32,000 bases of DNA, taken from contig CAYSNH010000003.1 of assembly GCA_964432405.1 (NCBI GenBank), positions 1 to 32,000 of the forward strand, given 5' to 3'. The notes beneath the pieces are model-generated. The model did no database searches. It was not told the origin of the DNA and saw nothing but the letters and a program-made list of their open reading frames with translations. Within the stretch, counting starts at the first letter, position 1. Each line of letters opens with the position of its first letter. This DNA is from an uncultured Candidatus Saccharibacteria bacterium. Lineage in GTDB: Bacteria > Patescibacteriota > Minisyncoccia > UBA6257 > UBA11618. The position numbers and the translations under genes were made by a program. Shown one piece after another: positions 9,502 through 17,893 of the stretch.

Positions 9502-9576
9502 TGGTGCACCCGCGAGGAATCGAACCTCGATCTTAGGATCCGCAATCCTACGTTCTATCCGTTGAACTACGGGTGC
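9502..9576 (-). tRNA. tRNA-Arg (anticodon GCG), CCA encoded
   Basis: Acceptor GCACCCG/CGGGTGC, D stem GTTC/GAAC, anticodon arm TAGGA-TTGCGGA-TCCTA, T arm CGAGG-TTCGATT-CCTCG, 3' ACCA. Confidence 0.85.
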
Positions 9577-10020
9577 TTAAAAACCTATCTTCCTACTTAC
9601 AATTTCTGAGAGAGGTTCTTCGTAATCAAAATCTGGCAATATGTGATCTAGATGATCCTCAATCTTATCCCTGTCTTCTCGATCAATCATCGCTTTTACA
9701 TAACTATTGAGTAGATCCTTATTCTTAAAGACTAGAAGTTGATTGTCAATATAGAACTCAGAAAACCTCTCTAGTTCATAGGCTTTATCATCGGCTATAA
9801 AATGATCATCTGTTAAGCTGTAGCTGATTGTTCGAGGTTCTTGTTTGGCCCAATAAACTACCATGATTGTAGCAATAATTATAAAGATCGCTAACAATAA
9901 ATTTTTTTGCCAGAAAGCTATTAGTGTAATAACAATACCTATTAATACAGTTGATAGATACCAAGAGAAACTCTTTTTTCTATATTCAAATTCTAAAGAT
10001 TCCCATTTAATTTCTGACAT
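9577..10020 (-). CDS. Hypothetical two-TM membrane protein with cytoplasmic C-terminal domain
   Basis: Start set at MSEIKWESLEF, which overlaps the ddl stop by 14 nt. Two hydrophobic helices. The stop codon abuts the tRNA-Arg 5' end. Confidence 0.6.
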   Translation of the reverse strand: MSEIKWESLEFEYRKKSFSWYLSTVLIGIVITLIAFWQKNLLLAIFIIIATIMVVYWAKQEPRTISYSLTDDHFIADDKAYELERFSEFYIDNQLLVFKNKDLLNSYVKAMIDREDRDKIEDHLDHILPDFDYEEPLSEIVSRKIGF

Positions 10021-10966
10021 TGCCAATAATAATATCAAGAAGTTTTGGGAAATCAATGCCGGCTTTTTTAGCGGCCTGAGGTAGTAGGCTGGTTTTAGTT
10101 AGGCCAGGAAGGGTATTAACTTCTAGAAAATAAACTCGATTATCTTTGTCCATAAGAAAATCTACCCGAGAATAACTAGAACAGCCAAGAGATTTATGAG
10201 CTAGAACAGCTTTTTCTTGAATTAGTTGAATCAACTCTTTGGGTAGGTTGGGAGGAGTTATCTCTTTTGAGGCCCCAGGAGTATACTTGGCTTTAAAATT
10301 AAAAAACTTTTGTTTTTTAGGAATTATCTCGGTTGGAGGTAGGGCGCTAGCTTTGCCATTTTGCTCAATGACGCTACAGGTAAATTCTCTACCTTTAATA
10401 TATTTTTGAACCATCACTTTGTTGCTGTATTGAAGAGAGTCATTAATAGCTGGCGCCAGTTTACCAATAGTCCTTACAACACTAGCACCAACACTAGATC
10501 CAAGATCAACAGGCTTAACTACCACCGGCAAGCCTAATTTTAATAAGCTATTCCAACTAACTTTCATATTGCCTTTTTTGAAAGTCACAAAAGGGGGAGA
10601 GGTTAACCCAACCTTCTCCAGAGCTTTAGATGCTCGGGCTTTATCCATGGCCAATTTACTAGCCTTTTGATCAGAGCCAGTATAAGGAATGTTATTTTTT
10701 TTCAATAAAGATTGAATACGACCATCTTCACCATACTCTCCGTGCATAGCAATGAATGCCACATCACAATCCAAGTCCTTTGGTTTAATAGGCCACTTAT
10801 TATCTTTGGTAATAACGACAGGCTCTACCTGATAAGATCTCTTATCAAGATTTTTAACCACCATTTTACCACTCCACAAAGAAACCTCGTGCTCAGAAGA
10901 GGGGCCGCCCATCAAAACGACGACCTTCTTTTTTCTACCAAAAATATTAGATAAAGCTTTAATCAT
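10007..10966 (-). CDS. ddl: D-alanine--D-alanine ligase
   Basis: 319 aa, ATP-grasp fold. GGPSSEHEVSLWSG, HGEYGEDGRIQSLL, EVNTLPGLT. Confidence 0.92.
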   Translation of the reverse strand: MIKALSNIFGRKKKVVVLMGGPSSEHEVSLWSGKMVVKNLDKRSYQVEPVVITKDNKWPIKPKDLDCDVAFIAMHGEYGEDGRIQSLLKKNNIPYTGSDQKASKLAMDKARASKALEKVGLTSPPFVTFKKGNMKVSWNSLLKLGLPVVVKPVDLGSSVGASVVRTIGKLAPAINDSLQYSNKVMVQKYIKGREFTCSVIEQNGKASALPPTEIIPKKQKFFNFKAKYTPGASKEITPPNLPKELIQLIQEKAVLAHKSLGCSSYSRVDFLMDKDNRVYFLEVNTLPGLTKTSLLPQAAKKAGIDFPKLLDIIIGNVRN

Positions 10967-10968
10967 AA

Positions 10969-12555
10969 TTACATCTTTTTCGGCACCTTAATGCCTAATA
11001 ATGCTAATCCGTTTTTTATAGTTTTAGCAACCGACGCCACAAGCATCAATCTGGTTTTAATTTTATTAGATTCATCAGCAGCTAATACGGGGTCAAAGTT
11101 GTAGAAGCGGTTAAACTCCTGGACTAGATCATTAAGATAGTTAGCGATTAGATGAGGCTCGTTTAATAGCTGGGATTGTTTAATTATTTCTGGATATTGA
11201 GCTAACAACTTAACCAACTTGATTTCCCTTTCAGTCTTAATAACTATTTTACCATTAATCTTCTTTTGCTTCGCTTTTTTTAGAATGCTTTGAGCTCTTA
11301 CATACCCATACTGAATATATGGAGCACTATCACCCTCCAGATTAAGAGTCTTTTTCCAATCAAAGTTAATAGCTCTATTACGTCTCTGAGAGACTGTGTT
11401 ATATACCAATGCTCCTAGACCAATGATCTTATTCTTTTTTGTACGATGAAGAGTTTCTTTAATAACATCATTAAGAAAAATAGTTCGGCCAGCTCTGGTA
11501 GAGGCCTTCTTACCTTTAATAGTTATGAGGTTGTAGCTGATATGTTCCAACTTTCCAGCATCGTAACCTAATAACTCCAAAGTTTTGAAAATCTGTTTGA
11601 AATATAACTCTTGCTCATGACCAACTACATATAATATTCGAGCTGGCTTATTATTTTTAAGTCGCCACTTAGCAGCTGCTAAATCTCTTCCAGCATAAAG
11701 AGTTGATCCATCGGCTTTTTGTAATATATAGGAGGGGAGCTTATGTTTTTCTAGATCAACAACAATAGCGCCATCCTCTTCTTTTGTAGCAACGCCCTTT
11801 TTCAGAGCTTCTTTAATAATTTTTTCGGATTCTTTTTGATAAAAGCTTTCTCCTTGCCAAAGATCAAACTCCATATCGAACTCTTTATATATTTTTTTAA
11901 ACTCTTTAATGCTGTGTGTTCTGAATTTATCCCAAAGCTTCTCTAATTTTTTGTCACCCGCTTCTAATTTAGTAAAAAGATCACGAGCTTCTTGTTCTAG
12001 CTTTTTATTTTTCTCACACTGCTTATTAATTCGAACGTAAAGCTTATATAAGTTCTCAACCGTTATCGGTTTTGGGCCCCATTTTTGCCAGGCTAAAATT
12101 AATCTTCCAAATTGAGTTCCCCAATCACCAATATGATTAACGGTAGTCACCTTATTACCGCGAGCTTTGTAGATGTTTTCTAAGGCGTGACCAATAACAT
12201 TGTTTCTAAGGTGGCCAATGTGCATTGGCTTTGCAACATTAGGGCTAGAATATTCTATTAAAATCTTTTTACCATCTTTCGCCCAACCATATTCATTACC
12301 AGCTTTCTCAATATCATTGAATACTTGTTTAGCCAAAAGATTTTTATTCAAAATCAAATTAACATAACGTCCCTCGATCTTTATCTCCTCAATCAAAGGG
12401 AGCTTCAATCTTTTTATTTTACTAGCTATTTTTTTTGGATCTTCTCTAAAACAAGGAATTGCTAAATCCGCCTCAATCTCTGCAGGCGGGAATTTTATTT
12501 GTAGTGATTCTGGCAGAGCCAGCTTTTTCTTTAACTTATCTAGGGTGTAAGTCAT
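10969..12555 (-). CDS. argS: Arginine--tRNA ligase
   Basis: 528 aa. SSPNVAKPMHIGHLRN (HIGH region) and a DALR-type anticodon-binding C-terminus. Confidence 0.92.
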   Translation of the reverse strand: MTYTLDKLKKKLALPESLQIKFPPAEIEADLAIPCFREDPKKIASKIKRLKLPLIEEIKIEGRYVNLILNKNLLAKQVFNDIEKAGNEYGWAKDGKKILIEYSSPNVAKPMHIGHLRNNVIGHALENIYKARGNKVTTVNHIGDWGTQFGRLILAWQKWGPKPITVENLYKLYVRINKQCEKNKKLEQEARDLFTKLEAGDKKLEKLWDKFRTHSIKEFKKIYKEFDMEFDLWQGESFYQKESEKIIKEALKKGVATKEEDGAIVVDLEKHKLPSYILQKADGSTLYAGRDLAAAKWRLKNNKPARILYVVGHEQELYFKQIFKTLELLGYDAGKLEHISYNLITIKGKKASTRAGRTIFLNDVIKETLHRTKKNKIIGLGALVYNTVSQRRNRAINFDWKKTLNLEGDSAPYIQYGYVRAQSILKKAKQKKINGKIVIKTEREIKLVKLLAQYPEIIKQSQLLNEPHLIANYLNDLVQEFNRFYNFDPVLAADESNKIKTRLMLVASVAKTIKNGLALLGIKVPKKM

Positions 12556-12607
12556 AACGTGATATTTAAATTATTACCTTTTTCTGAGATTCGCGCCACT
12601 TTATAAG

Positions 12608-13522
12608 TTAGCGATTGCGTAATATCTGAACCCTCTCTTTTGTTGGTGGGTGAGTGAGAAATAATTTATGAATATTAGTTGCCAAATTCTTTTTCTTCAT
12701 TCCTTTGAAGGGGTCGCTTATCCAAAGATGAGCTGAAGCGTTGTTAGCTACTTTCATAGGGGTGGCATGAGAAGATATTTTTTCTAAAGCAGAGGCTAAT
12801 CCTTCTGGATTGCCAGTGATAATCGATCCAGAAGAGTCAGCCAAGAACTCTCTTTTTCTAGAAACGGCTAATCTCATTAGGGTGGCGCCAATAGGAGCCA
12901 GAATAGCTCCAACAAGAGCAAGTATTAAAACAGCTCCACCAGCATTGTTACGATCATCTCGACTGATACTTCCCCAGATCAGTGAGCGAAGAAATATATC
13001 AGAAAGAATTGTAATGAATCCAGCTAAGACTACCGCCATGGTAGAGACTAGCATGTCTCGGTTTTTAATATGAGATAACTCATGAGCTAATACTCCTTCC
13101 AGCTCTTTCTTATCAAGTGCTTGTATCAATCCTTTCGTGACCGCTACCACAGAATTTTTATAATCTCTGCCAGTAGCAAAAGCATTAGGAGCTTCTTCAT
13201 CTACTATATACAACTTCGGCAAAGGAAGATTGGCCTTTTGACAAAGATTAACTATCATCTCATGAATTTCAGGGTATCTTTCTTTATCAAGAGGCTTAGC
13301 TTTTGTCATAGTTAGTACTAACTTGTCAGAAAACCAGTAACTAAAAAAACTCATTAGAATGCTAAGTCCCACCGCAAAATATAATATAGTGGAATTACCA
13401 AAATACTGAGAAAATATATAACCCGCACCAATGACGATAATAAAGAAATAAAAAAAGAGAGACCAGGTTTTAAATATATTAATATTTGCCTGTTTTTTTA
13501 ATGAAAATAGATTGTTTTGCAT
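12608..13522 (-). CDS. htpX: Zinc metalloprotease HtpX (M48 family)
   Basis: HELSHIKNRD zinc motif and four hydrophobic segments. Confidence 0.9.
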   Translation of the reverse strand: MQNNLFSLKKQANINIFKTWSLFFYFFIIVIGAGYIFSQYFGNSTILYFAVGLSILMSFFSYWFSDKLVLTMTKAKPLDKERYPEIHEMIVNLCQKANLPLPKLYIVDEEAPNAFATGRDYKNSVVAVTKGLIQALDKKELEGVLAHELSHIKNRDMLVSTMAVVLAGFITILSDIFLRSLIWGSISRDDRNNAGGAVLILALVGAILAPIGATLMRLAVSRKREFLADSSGSIITGNPEGLASALEKISSHATPMKVANNASAHLWISDPFKGMKKKNLATNIHKLFLTHPPTKERVQILRNR

Positions 13523-13558
13523 GCGAATATTATAAACTGTTTGTTCATTTAGTCAAAA

Positions 13559-13587
13559 TTGATTTATAAAAATAAAAGAAGTATTAT
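13559..13587 (+). promoter_or_regulatory. Promoter TTGATT-17-TATTAT, with the -10 only 7 nt from the ATG
   Basis: Hexamers at 13559-13564 and 13582-13587. ATG at 13595. Confidence 0.45.
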
Positions 13588-13594
13588 CGGAGCA

Positions 13595-14467
13595 ATGAAG
13601 AAGTTTCGACAAATATTATGGAAGGGTCTATTTCGTCATATATTTGTTTTAGTCGACCTTGTATTCATGAGGGTTGATAAAAAATTCATAACCCTTTCTC
13701 CAGAGGTCGCGGAGGATCTTAGAATTATGAAGTTTACCCCTAACTTTCTTAAAAGATCGGGAGGTGATCGTTCTATTAGCTCTTATTCCGAATCAATCGG
13801 CGTCTTCAAAGTTTTAATAATCAATCTGCTACAAAACATACCCAGGCCCAAGATCCTTGATATTGGTTGTGGTAGCGGCTTGTTGGCTATTGCCAGCGAA
13901 TCTTTAGTTAGAGACGGTGGTGAGTATATTGGTTTGGATATTAAAGAGAGTGATATTGGGTATTGTAGAGAAAAATTTAAAGATTTTTTTAGTCATTCAT
14001 TTATTCATCATTCGGTAAGAAATGCGGTTTATGCTCCAGGCCAAGATTCAAAACATCAACCCTGGGATATCCTTGATGAGAGTATCGATCTAGTTACCGC
14101 TAAATCTGTATGGACTCATCTCAATAAAAAAGATGCCATTTATTATTTTGGTGAGGTGAGCAGGGTTCTTAAACCAGGTGGCAAAGCCTTAATTTCTTTC
14201 TGTCTATTGGACGATAGCTATTATCAGCAAGTTAATAAGATAAAAAAACCTTGGGTTAGGTATAGTACACCTCTTTATGATTCTAAAGACTGGTTCACAG
14301 TTTCAAATATTAAAATTCCTGAATGTTGTATAGGAATAACTGACAATGGGATTAAGGAGATGGCTGATTTGGCTGGATTGAGGCTTGTAAAAAAATATCC
14401 CGGTCAATGGAAAAGGAGTCCGGGGCTTTGGGGACAAGATATTTTAGTTTTTGAAAAAAATGTATAG
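13595..14467 (+). CDS. Class I SAM-dependent methyltransferase
   Basis: Motif I ILDIGCGSGLLA, followed by the acidic loop GLDI. Start moved to the first ATG (MKKFRQ). The track start at 13559 is TTG and overlaps the -35 hexamer. Confidence 0.75.
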   Translation: MKKFRQILWKGLFRHIFVLVDLVFMRVDKKFITLSPEVAEDLRIMKFTPNFLKRSGGDRSISSYSESIGVFKVLIINLLQNIPRPKILDIGCGSGLLAIASESLVRDGGEYIGLDIKESDIGYCREKFKDFFSHSFIHHSVRNAVYAPGQDSKHQPWDILDESIDLVTAKSVWTHLNKKDAIYYFGEVSRVLKPGGKALISFCLLDDSYYQQVNKIKKPWVRYSTPLYDSKDWFTVSNIKIPECCIGITDNGIKEMADLAGLRLVKKYPGQWKRSPGLWGQDILVFEKNV

Positions 14468-14469
14468 AA

Positions 14470-15180
14470 TTACTTCTTATTAACAATCTTTTTCATAAGC
14501 CAAACTAGAAAGATAATTAATACCGCAAAGAACAAGAGAGTTATAAGTAAGAAGACTAGCATGGTTGGGGTAGAGAATGCTGTAAAAGGAGATTTTTCAA
14601 AATAAATTTTAAGTTGAGGCATGGTCACTATAGTATTTATTATCTCGTTTAAAGGGAATCGTTCTTTGGTCCCAATAACTAAAACGTACTTTCCTTCATT
14701 GTCCGAGCTAAAAACTTTAATGGTATACGATCCCGCCTCAGCCTGCACTCCTTTTGGATGTAGTTCAGGATCACTGTCTTTTGATTGAAGGGCTGGGCCA
14801 GTGAAGTATTCGTCACCAGCATGTTGTTCATAATAGGGAGTCCATTTATGAGTGGTCCCATCCAATAAAACTTTAAACTCTTCATGATTATGATCATCGT
14901 GATCATGAGGATCGTGATCTTTGGTAATTAGAACAGAAACATCTTTATCAATATTTGGCACGTCAGGAACTAAAATTCCTACATACAAATTAAAAGAATT
15001 TTCTGATTTTAGATTATATATATGAGGAGTGTTTGTAAGCTTGCCATAGAAGGCTTGTGAGGCTTCAGGGTTTTTAACATTAATAATACTTTCCTTAACT
15101 AGCCTAGGTTGATGAGCTTGAGCAAGAGAGGTTATTAATAATAAAAAAAATATCAAGAAAGTTGTTAATTTTTTATTCAT
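14470..15180 (-). CDS. Secreted, C-terminally anchored His/Asp-rich protein, 236 aa
   Basis: Signal peptide (LIFFLLLITSLAQA), HDPHDHDDHNHEE cluster and a C-terminal TM helix with KK tail. Confidence 0.65.
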   Translation of the reverse strand: MNKKLTTFLIFFLLLITSLAQAHQPRLVKESIINVKNPEASQAFYGKLTNTPHIYNLKSENSFNLYVGILVPDVPNIDKDVSVLITKDHDPHDHDDHNHEEFKVLLDGTTHKWTPYYEQHAGDEYFTGPALQSKDSDPELHPKGVQAEAGSYTIKVFSSDNEGKYVLVIGTKERFPLNEIINTIVTMPQLKIYFEKSPFTAFSTPTMLVFLLITLLFFAVLIIFLVWLMKKIVNKK

Positions 15181-15286
15181 AATAATTAGATTTTAACTTG
15201 TTTTGAAAAAAATTTAAATTTATTTCAAATTAAAATAACCTCGAAATACTCGGGCCAGACTTCCTCTCTTATTTTTTTATAGGATG

Positions 15287-15598
15287 TTATAACGCATACC
15301 TATCTTCAACGTTTACTTTTAGTTTTGATAGAACCGGATTAGGAATATTTTCTTCAACCAAATTAATTGATGCGTCAGATAAAATTTTATTTATATATTT
15401 TTGAATCATGGAAGGATCTTCACCAGAAGGTATTGCAAATCTTACAGACCCTTTAATCTCTTGGGCATTCTCTACAAGAACATTTCTTTTATTTTCTAAA
15501 CAAAATTTTCTGATTCTTCCACGAAGCATAACCCCAGTTATTGGAGTTGATTTAGTTCTAATTTCGTAAATATCCCACTTAAGTAGTTCTTGATACAT
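15287..15598 (-). CDS. Hypothetical protein, possibly acylphosphatase-like fold, 103 aa
   Basis: Start moved to MYQELLKW because the longer track ORF runs into tRNA-Ser. Weak resemblance of ITGVMLRGRIRKF..VENAQEIKGSVRFAI to the AcyP pattern. Confidence 0.4.
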   Translation of the reverse strand: MYQELLKWDIYEIRTKSTPITGVMLRGRIRKFCLENKRNVLVENAQEIKGSVRFAIPSGEDPSMIQKYINKILSDASINLVEENIPNPVLSKLKVNVEDRYAL

Positions 15599-15634
15599 AA
15601 AAGTAAGGACTGTTATAATTTTATGAAAAATTCT

Positions 15635-15726
<92 letters not shown>

Positions 15727-15774
15727 TGGAGCTTCTCTATAATAGCATTTTTAGCGATATTTTCAATAGTAACA

Positions 15775-15803
15775 TTGCCTAAATCTTAATTTTGTGGCAA
15801 AAT
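15775..15803 (+). promoter_or_regulatory. infB promoter TTGCCT-17-CAAAAT with a TGTGG -16 element
   Basis: The -10 lies 10 nt from the ATG at 15814, and there is no SD in between. Confidence 0.4.
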
Positions 15804-15813
15804 TGTTCCTATT

Positions 15814-17292
15814 ATGAAGCGTCCACCAATTGTGGTGGTCATGGGCCATGTTGATCATGGTAAGACCGCCTTATTAGATTACATTAGAAAAACTAATTTA
15901 GCCGCCAAAGAGGCCGGTCAAATTACGCAATCAATTGGCGCTTACGAAATCAAGCATCAGGATAATAAAATAACCTTTATCGATACCCCTGGTCACGAGG
16001 CTTTTTCTCAAATGAGAGAGCGGGGTAGTCAGATCGCTGACATGGCCATCTTGATTGTAGCTGCTGATGAAGGAGTAAAGCAGCAAACCAAGGAGGCGTA
16101 CAAGATAATTAAAGAGAGCAAGACTCCGTTTATTGTTGCGGTTAATAAGATTGATAAATCTAATGCTGACATTAATCGTGTTAAGAATGAATTAGCTCAA
16201 GAAGCTGTTCTTTTGGAAGGAGCTGGTGGAGATGTTAGTTGGCAAGCTATTTCTGCTCAGACTGGAGAGGGTATTAATGAGCTACTCGATTTAATTTTAT
16301 TAGTAGCAGAGGTTGAAGACCTTCAATGTGATACAGAGAGTCATGGACAGGGATTTATTCTTGAGTCTCACATGGATAGTCGTCGGGGAGTTGTGGCTTC
16401 TGTGATTGTTAAGGACGGTTCTTTAAAAGAGGGTGATGAGATTGCTACTCATAACGTGCAAACCAAGATTCGTTCTATGGAAGATTTTACAGGCAAGAAA
16501 ATTAAAGCGGCTGAGCCATCTGCCCCCGTTCTTATTCTGGGTTTTTCAGAGGCACCTACCATCGGCACTGAGTTCATTGTTGGCACTTCAACATTATTTC
16601 AAAAACTAGCTAGTTCAATTAAAGCTGGTCATGAAGAGGTGGAAAAAGTAGCTGCTCACCTATCATCTCCCTTAGCTAAGGCGGATGATAAAAATGTTAT
16701 CAATGTTATTTTAAAGGCTAATGACAGTGGTTCCCTAGAGGCTCTTTCTGGTGTAATTAGCGCCCTACCATTACCAGAAGATCATTTGTTAAATATTATT
16801 AATCAAGGCGTTGGCGATATAACTGATGGTGATATTAAATTAGCTGCTGGAACTAATTCATTAGTATTAGGATTTAATATTAAGATTAGTAAGGCTGGTG
16901 AAAGTATCTTGAAAAGTGGTGGCGGTGAAAAGGTTGAGGTTCTAACTTCTAATATTATTTATGAATTAGTTAAGGACTTTGAGGATTTTCTTAAAAAATT
17001 TAAACAAGCTAAAATTTTAGGAGATCTAGAAATCTTAGCTGTGTTTGATAAGAGGTCTAAGAGTCGTCAGGTTATTGGTGGTAAGGTTGTTGAGGGAGAG
17101 ATTACCAACAACGCCGATTGCCTCATTATGAGACGAGATAAAGTTATTGATACAGGGCGGATTATCAATTTGCAAAGAAATAAGGAAGATGCTAATAAAG
17201 TAGAAGCTGGTAATGAGTGTGGTCTCTTAATTAATACCGAGACCGAAATCAGAGCCGGTGATCATTTAGTCATTAATGAAGACATTTCGTAA
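15814..17292 (+). CDS. infB: Translation initiation factor IF-2, minimal form lacking the N-terminal region
   Basis: The G domain starts at residue 3 (RPPIVVVMGHVDHGKT; DTPGHEAF; NKID). Confidence 0.92.
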   Translation: MKRPPIVVVMGHVDHGKTALLDYIRKTNLAAKEAGQITQSIGAYEIKHQDNKITFIDTPGHEAFSQMRERGSQIADMAILIVAADEGVKQQTKEAYKIIKESKTPFIVAVNKIDKSNADINRVKNELAQEAVLLEGAGGDVSWQAISAQTGEGINELLDLILLVAEVEDLQCDTESHGQGFILESHMDSRRGVVASVIVKDGSLKEGDEIATHNVQTKIRSMEDFTGKKIKAAEPSAPVLILGFSEAPTIGTEFIVGTSTLFQKLASSIKAGHEEVEKVAAHLSSPLAKADDKNVINVILKANDSGSLEALSGVISALPLPEDHLLNIINQGVGDITDGDIKLAAGTNSLVLGFNIKISKAGESILKSGGGEKVEVLTSNIIYELVKDFEDFLKKFKQAKILGDLEILAVFDKRSKSRQVIGGKVVEGEITNNADCLIMRRDKVIDTGRIINLQRNKEDANKVEAGNECGLLINTETEIRAGDHLVINEDIS

Positions 17293-17626
17293 GGAAAGAT
17301 TAAATAATTTAATTCTAGAGGAGCTCAGCAAGTTAATTGCTCGCGAATTAGAATTTGGTGAATCTTTGGCAACTTTAACTTATGCTGAAATTTCAGCAAA
17401 GATGGAAACTGCTCGAGTAGGGGTTAGCGTTATCCCCTCGAACAAATCAGAAGAGGTATTAAAAATATTGCAAAAAGCTCAACCAGAGTTACAATACTTA
17501 TTAGTCAAGAAGCTATCGATCAGACATGTTCCGGAGATAGTTTTTGAGATTGATTCTGGATACGAAGATGCGGCAGGTATTGAAAAATCTTTAATGAAAG
17601 ATGAAAATATATTAGACGAAGAATAG
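17276..17626 (+). CDS. rbfA: Ribosome-binding factor A
   Basis: 116 aa in the conserved infB-rbfA order. Overlaps infB by 17 nt. KH-like core (IRHVPEIVFEID). Confidence 0.8.
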   Translation: MKTFRKERLNNLILEELSKLIARELEFGESLATLTYAEISAKMETARVGVSVIPSNKSEEVLKILQKAQPELQYLLVKKLSIRHVPEIVFEIDSGYEDAAGIEKSLMKDENILDEE

Positions 17627-17700
17627 GCGCTGTAGCCAAGTGGTAAGGCAGGAGTCTGCAAAACTCTTATACGTGGGTTCGATTCCCACCGGCGCCTCCA
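17626..17700 (+). tRNA. tRNA-Cys (anticodon GCA), CCA encoded
   Basis: Acceptor GGCGCTG/CGGCGCC, anticodon arm GGAGT-CTGCAAA-ACTCT, T arm GTGGG-TTCGATT-CCCAC. Nucleotide +1 is the G of the rbfA TAG stop. Confidence 0.9.
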
Positions 17701-17703
17701 AAT

Positions 17704-17787
17704 GCCCGGGTGGCGGAATTGGCAGACGCGACGGACTTAAGATCCGTTACTCGCAAGAGTGTGTGGGTTCGACTCCCACCCCGGGCA
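17704..17787 (+). tRNA. tRNA-Leu (anticodon UAA), long variable arm, no CCA
   Basis: Acceptor GCCCGGG/CCCGGGC, anticodon arm ACGGA-CTTAAGA-TCCGT. Confidence 0.9.
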
Positions 17788-17792
17788 CAATA

Positions 17793-17821
17793 TAGACATT
17801 TTTATTTATATGTGGCAATAT
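17793..17821 (+). promoter_or_regulatory. Promoter TAGACA-17-CAATAT with a TGTGG -16 element, upstream of gam
   Basis: Hexamers at 17793-17798 and 17816-17821. TGTGG at 17811-17815. Confidence 0.45.
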
Positions 17822-17893
17822 ATCAGAACTTCCATTTAGGATAGTCCTAATATTTTGGAATTGCACTTTGGAATTTTTGTTAGAGGAAATGAG

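Noticed and set aside
14870-14925. Cluster of GATC sites that might mark a Dam-methylation or origin-like element
   Set aside because: It is explained by the GAT-CAT / GAT-CAC codons of the His/Asp-rich peptide, and there are no DnaA-box-like repeats nearby.
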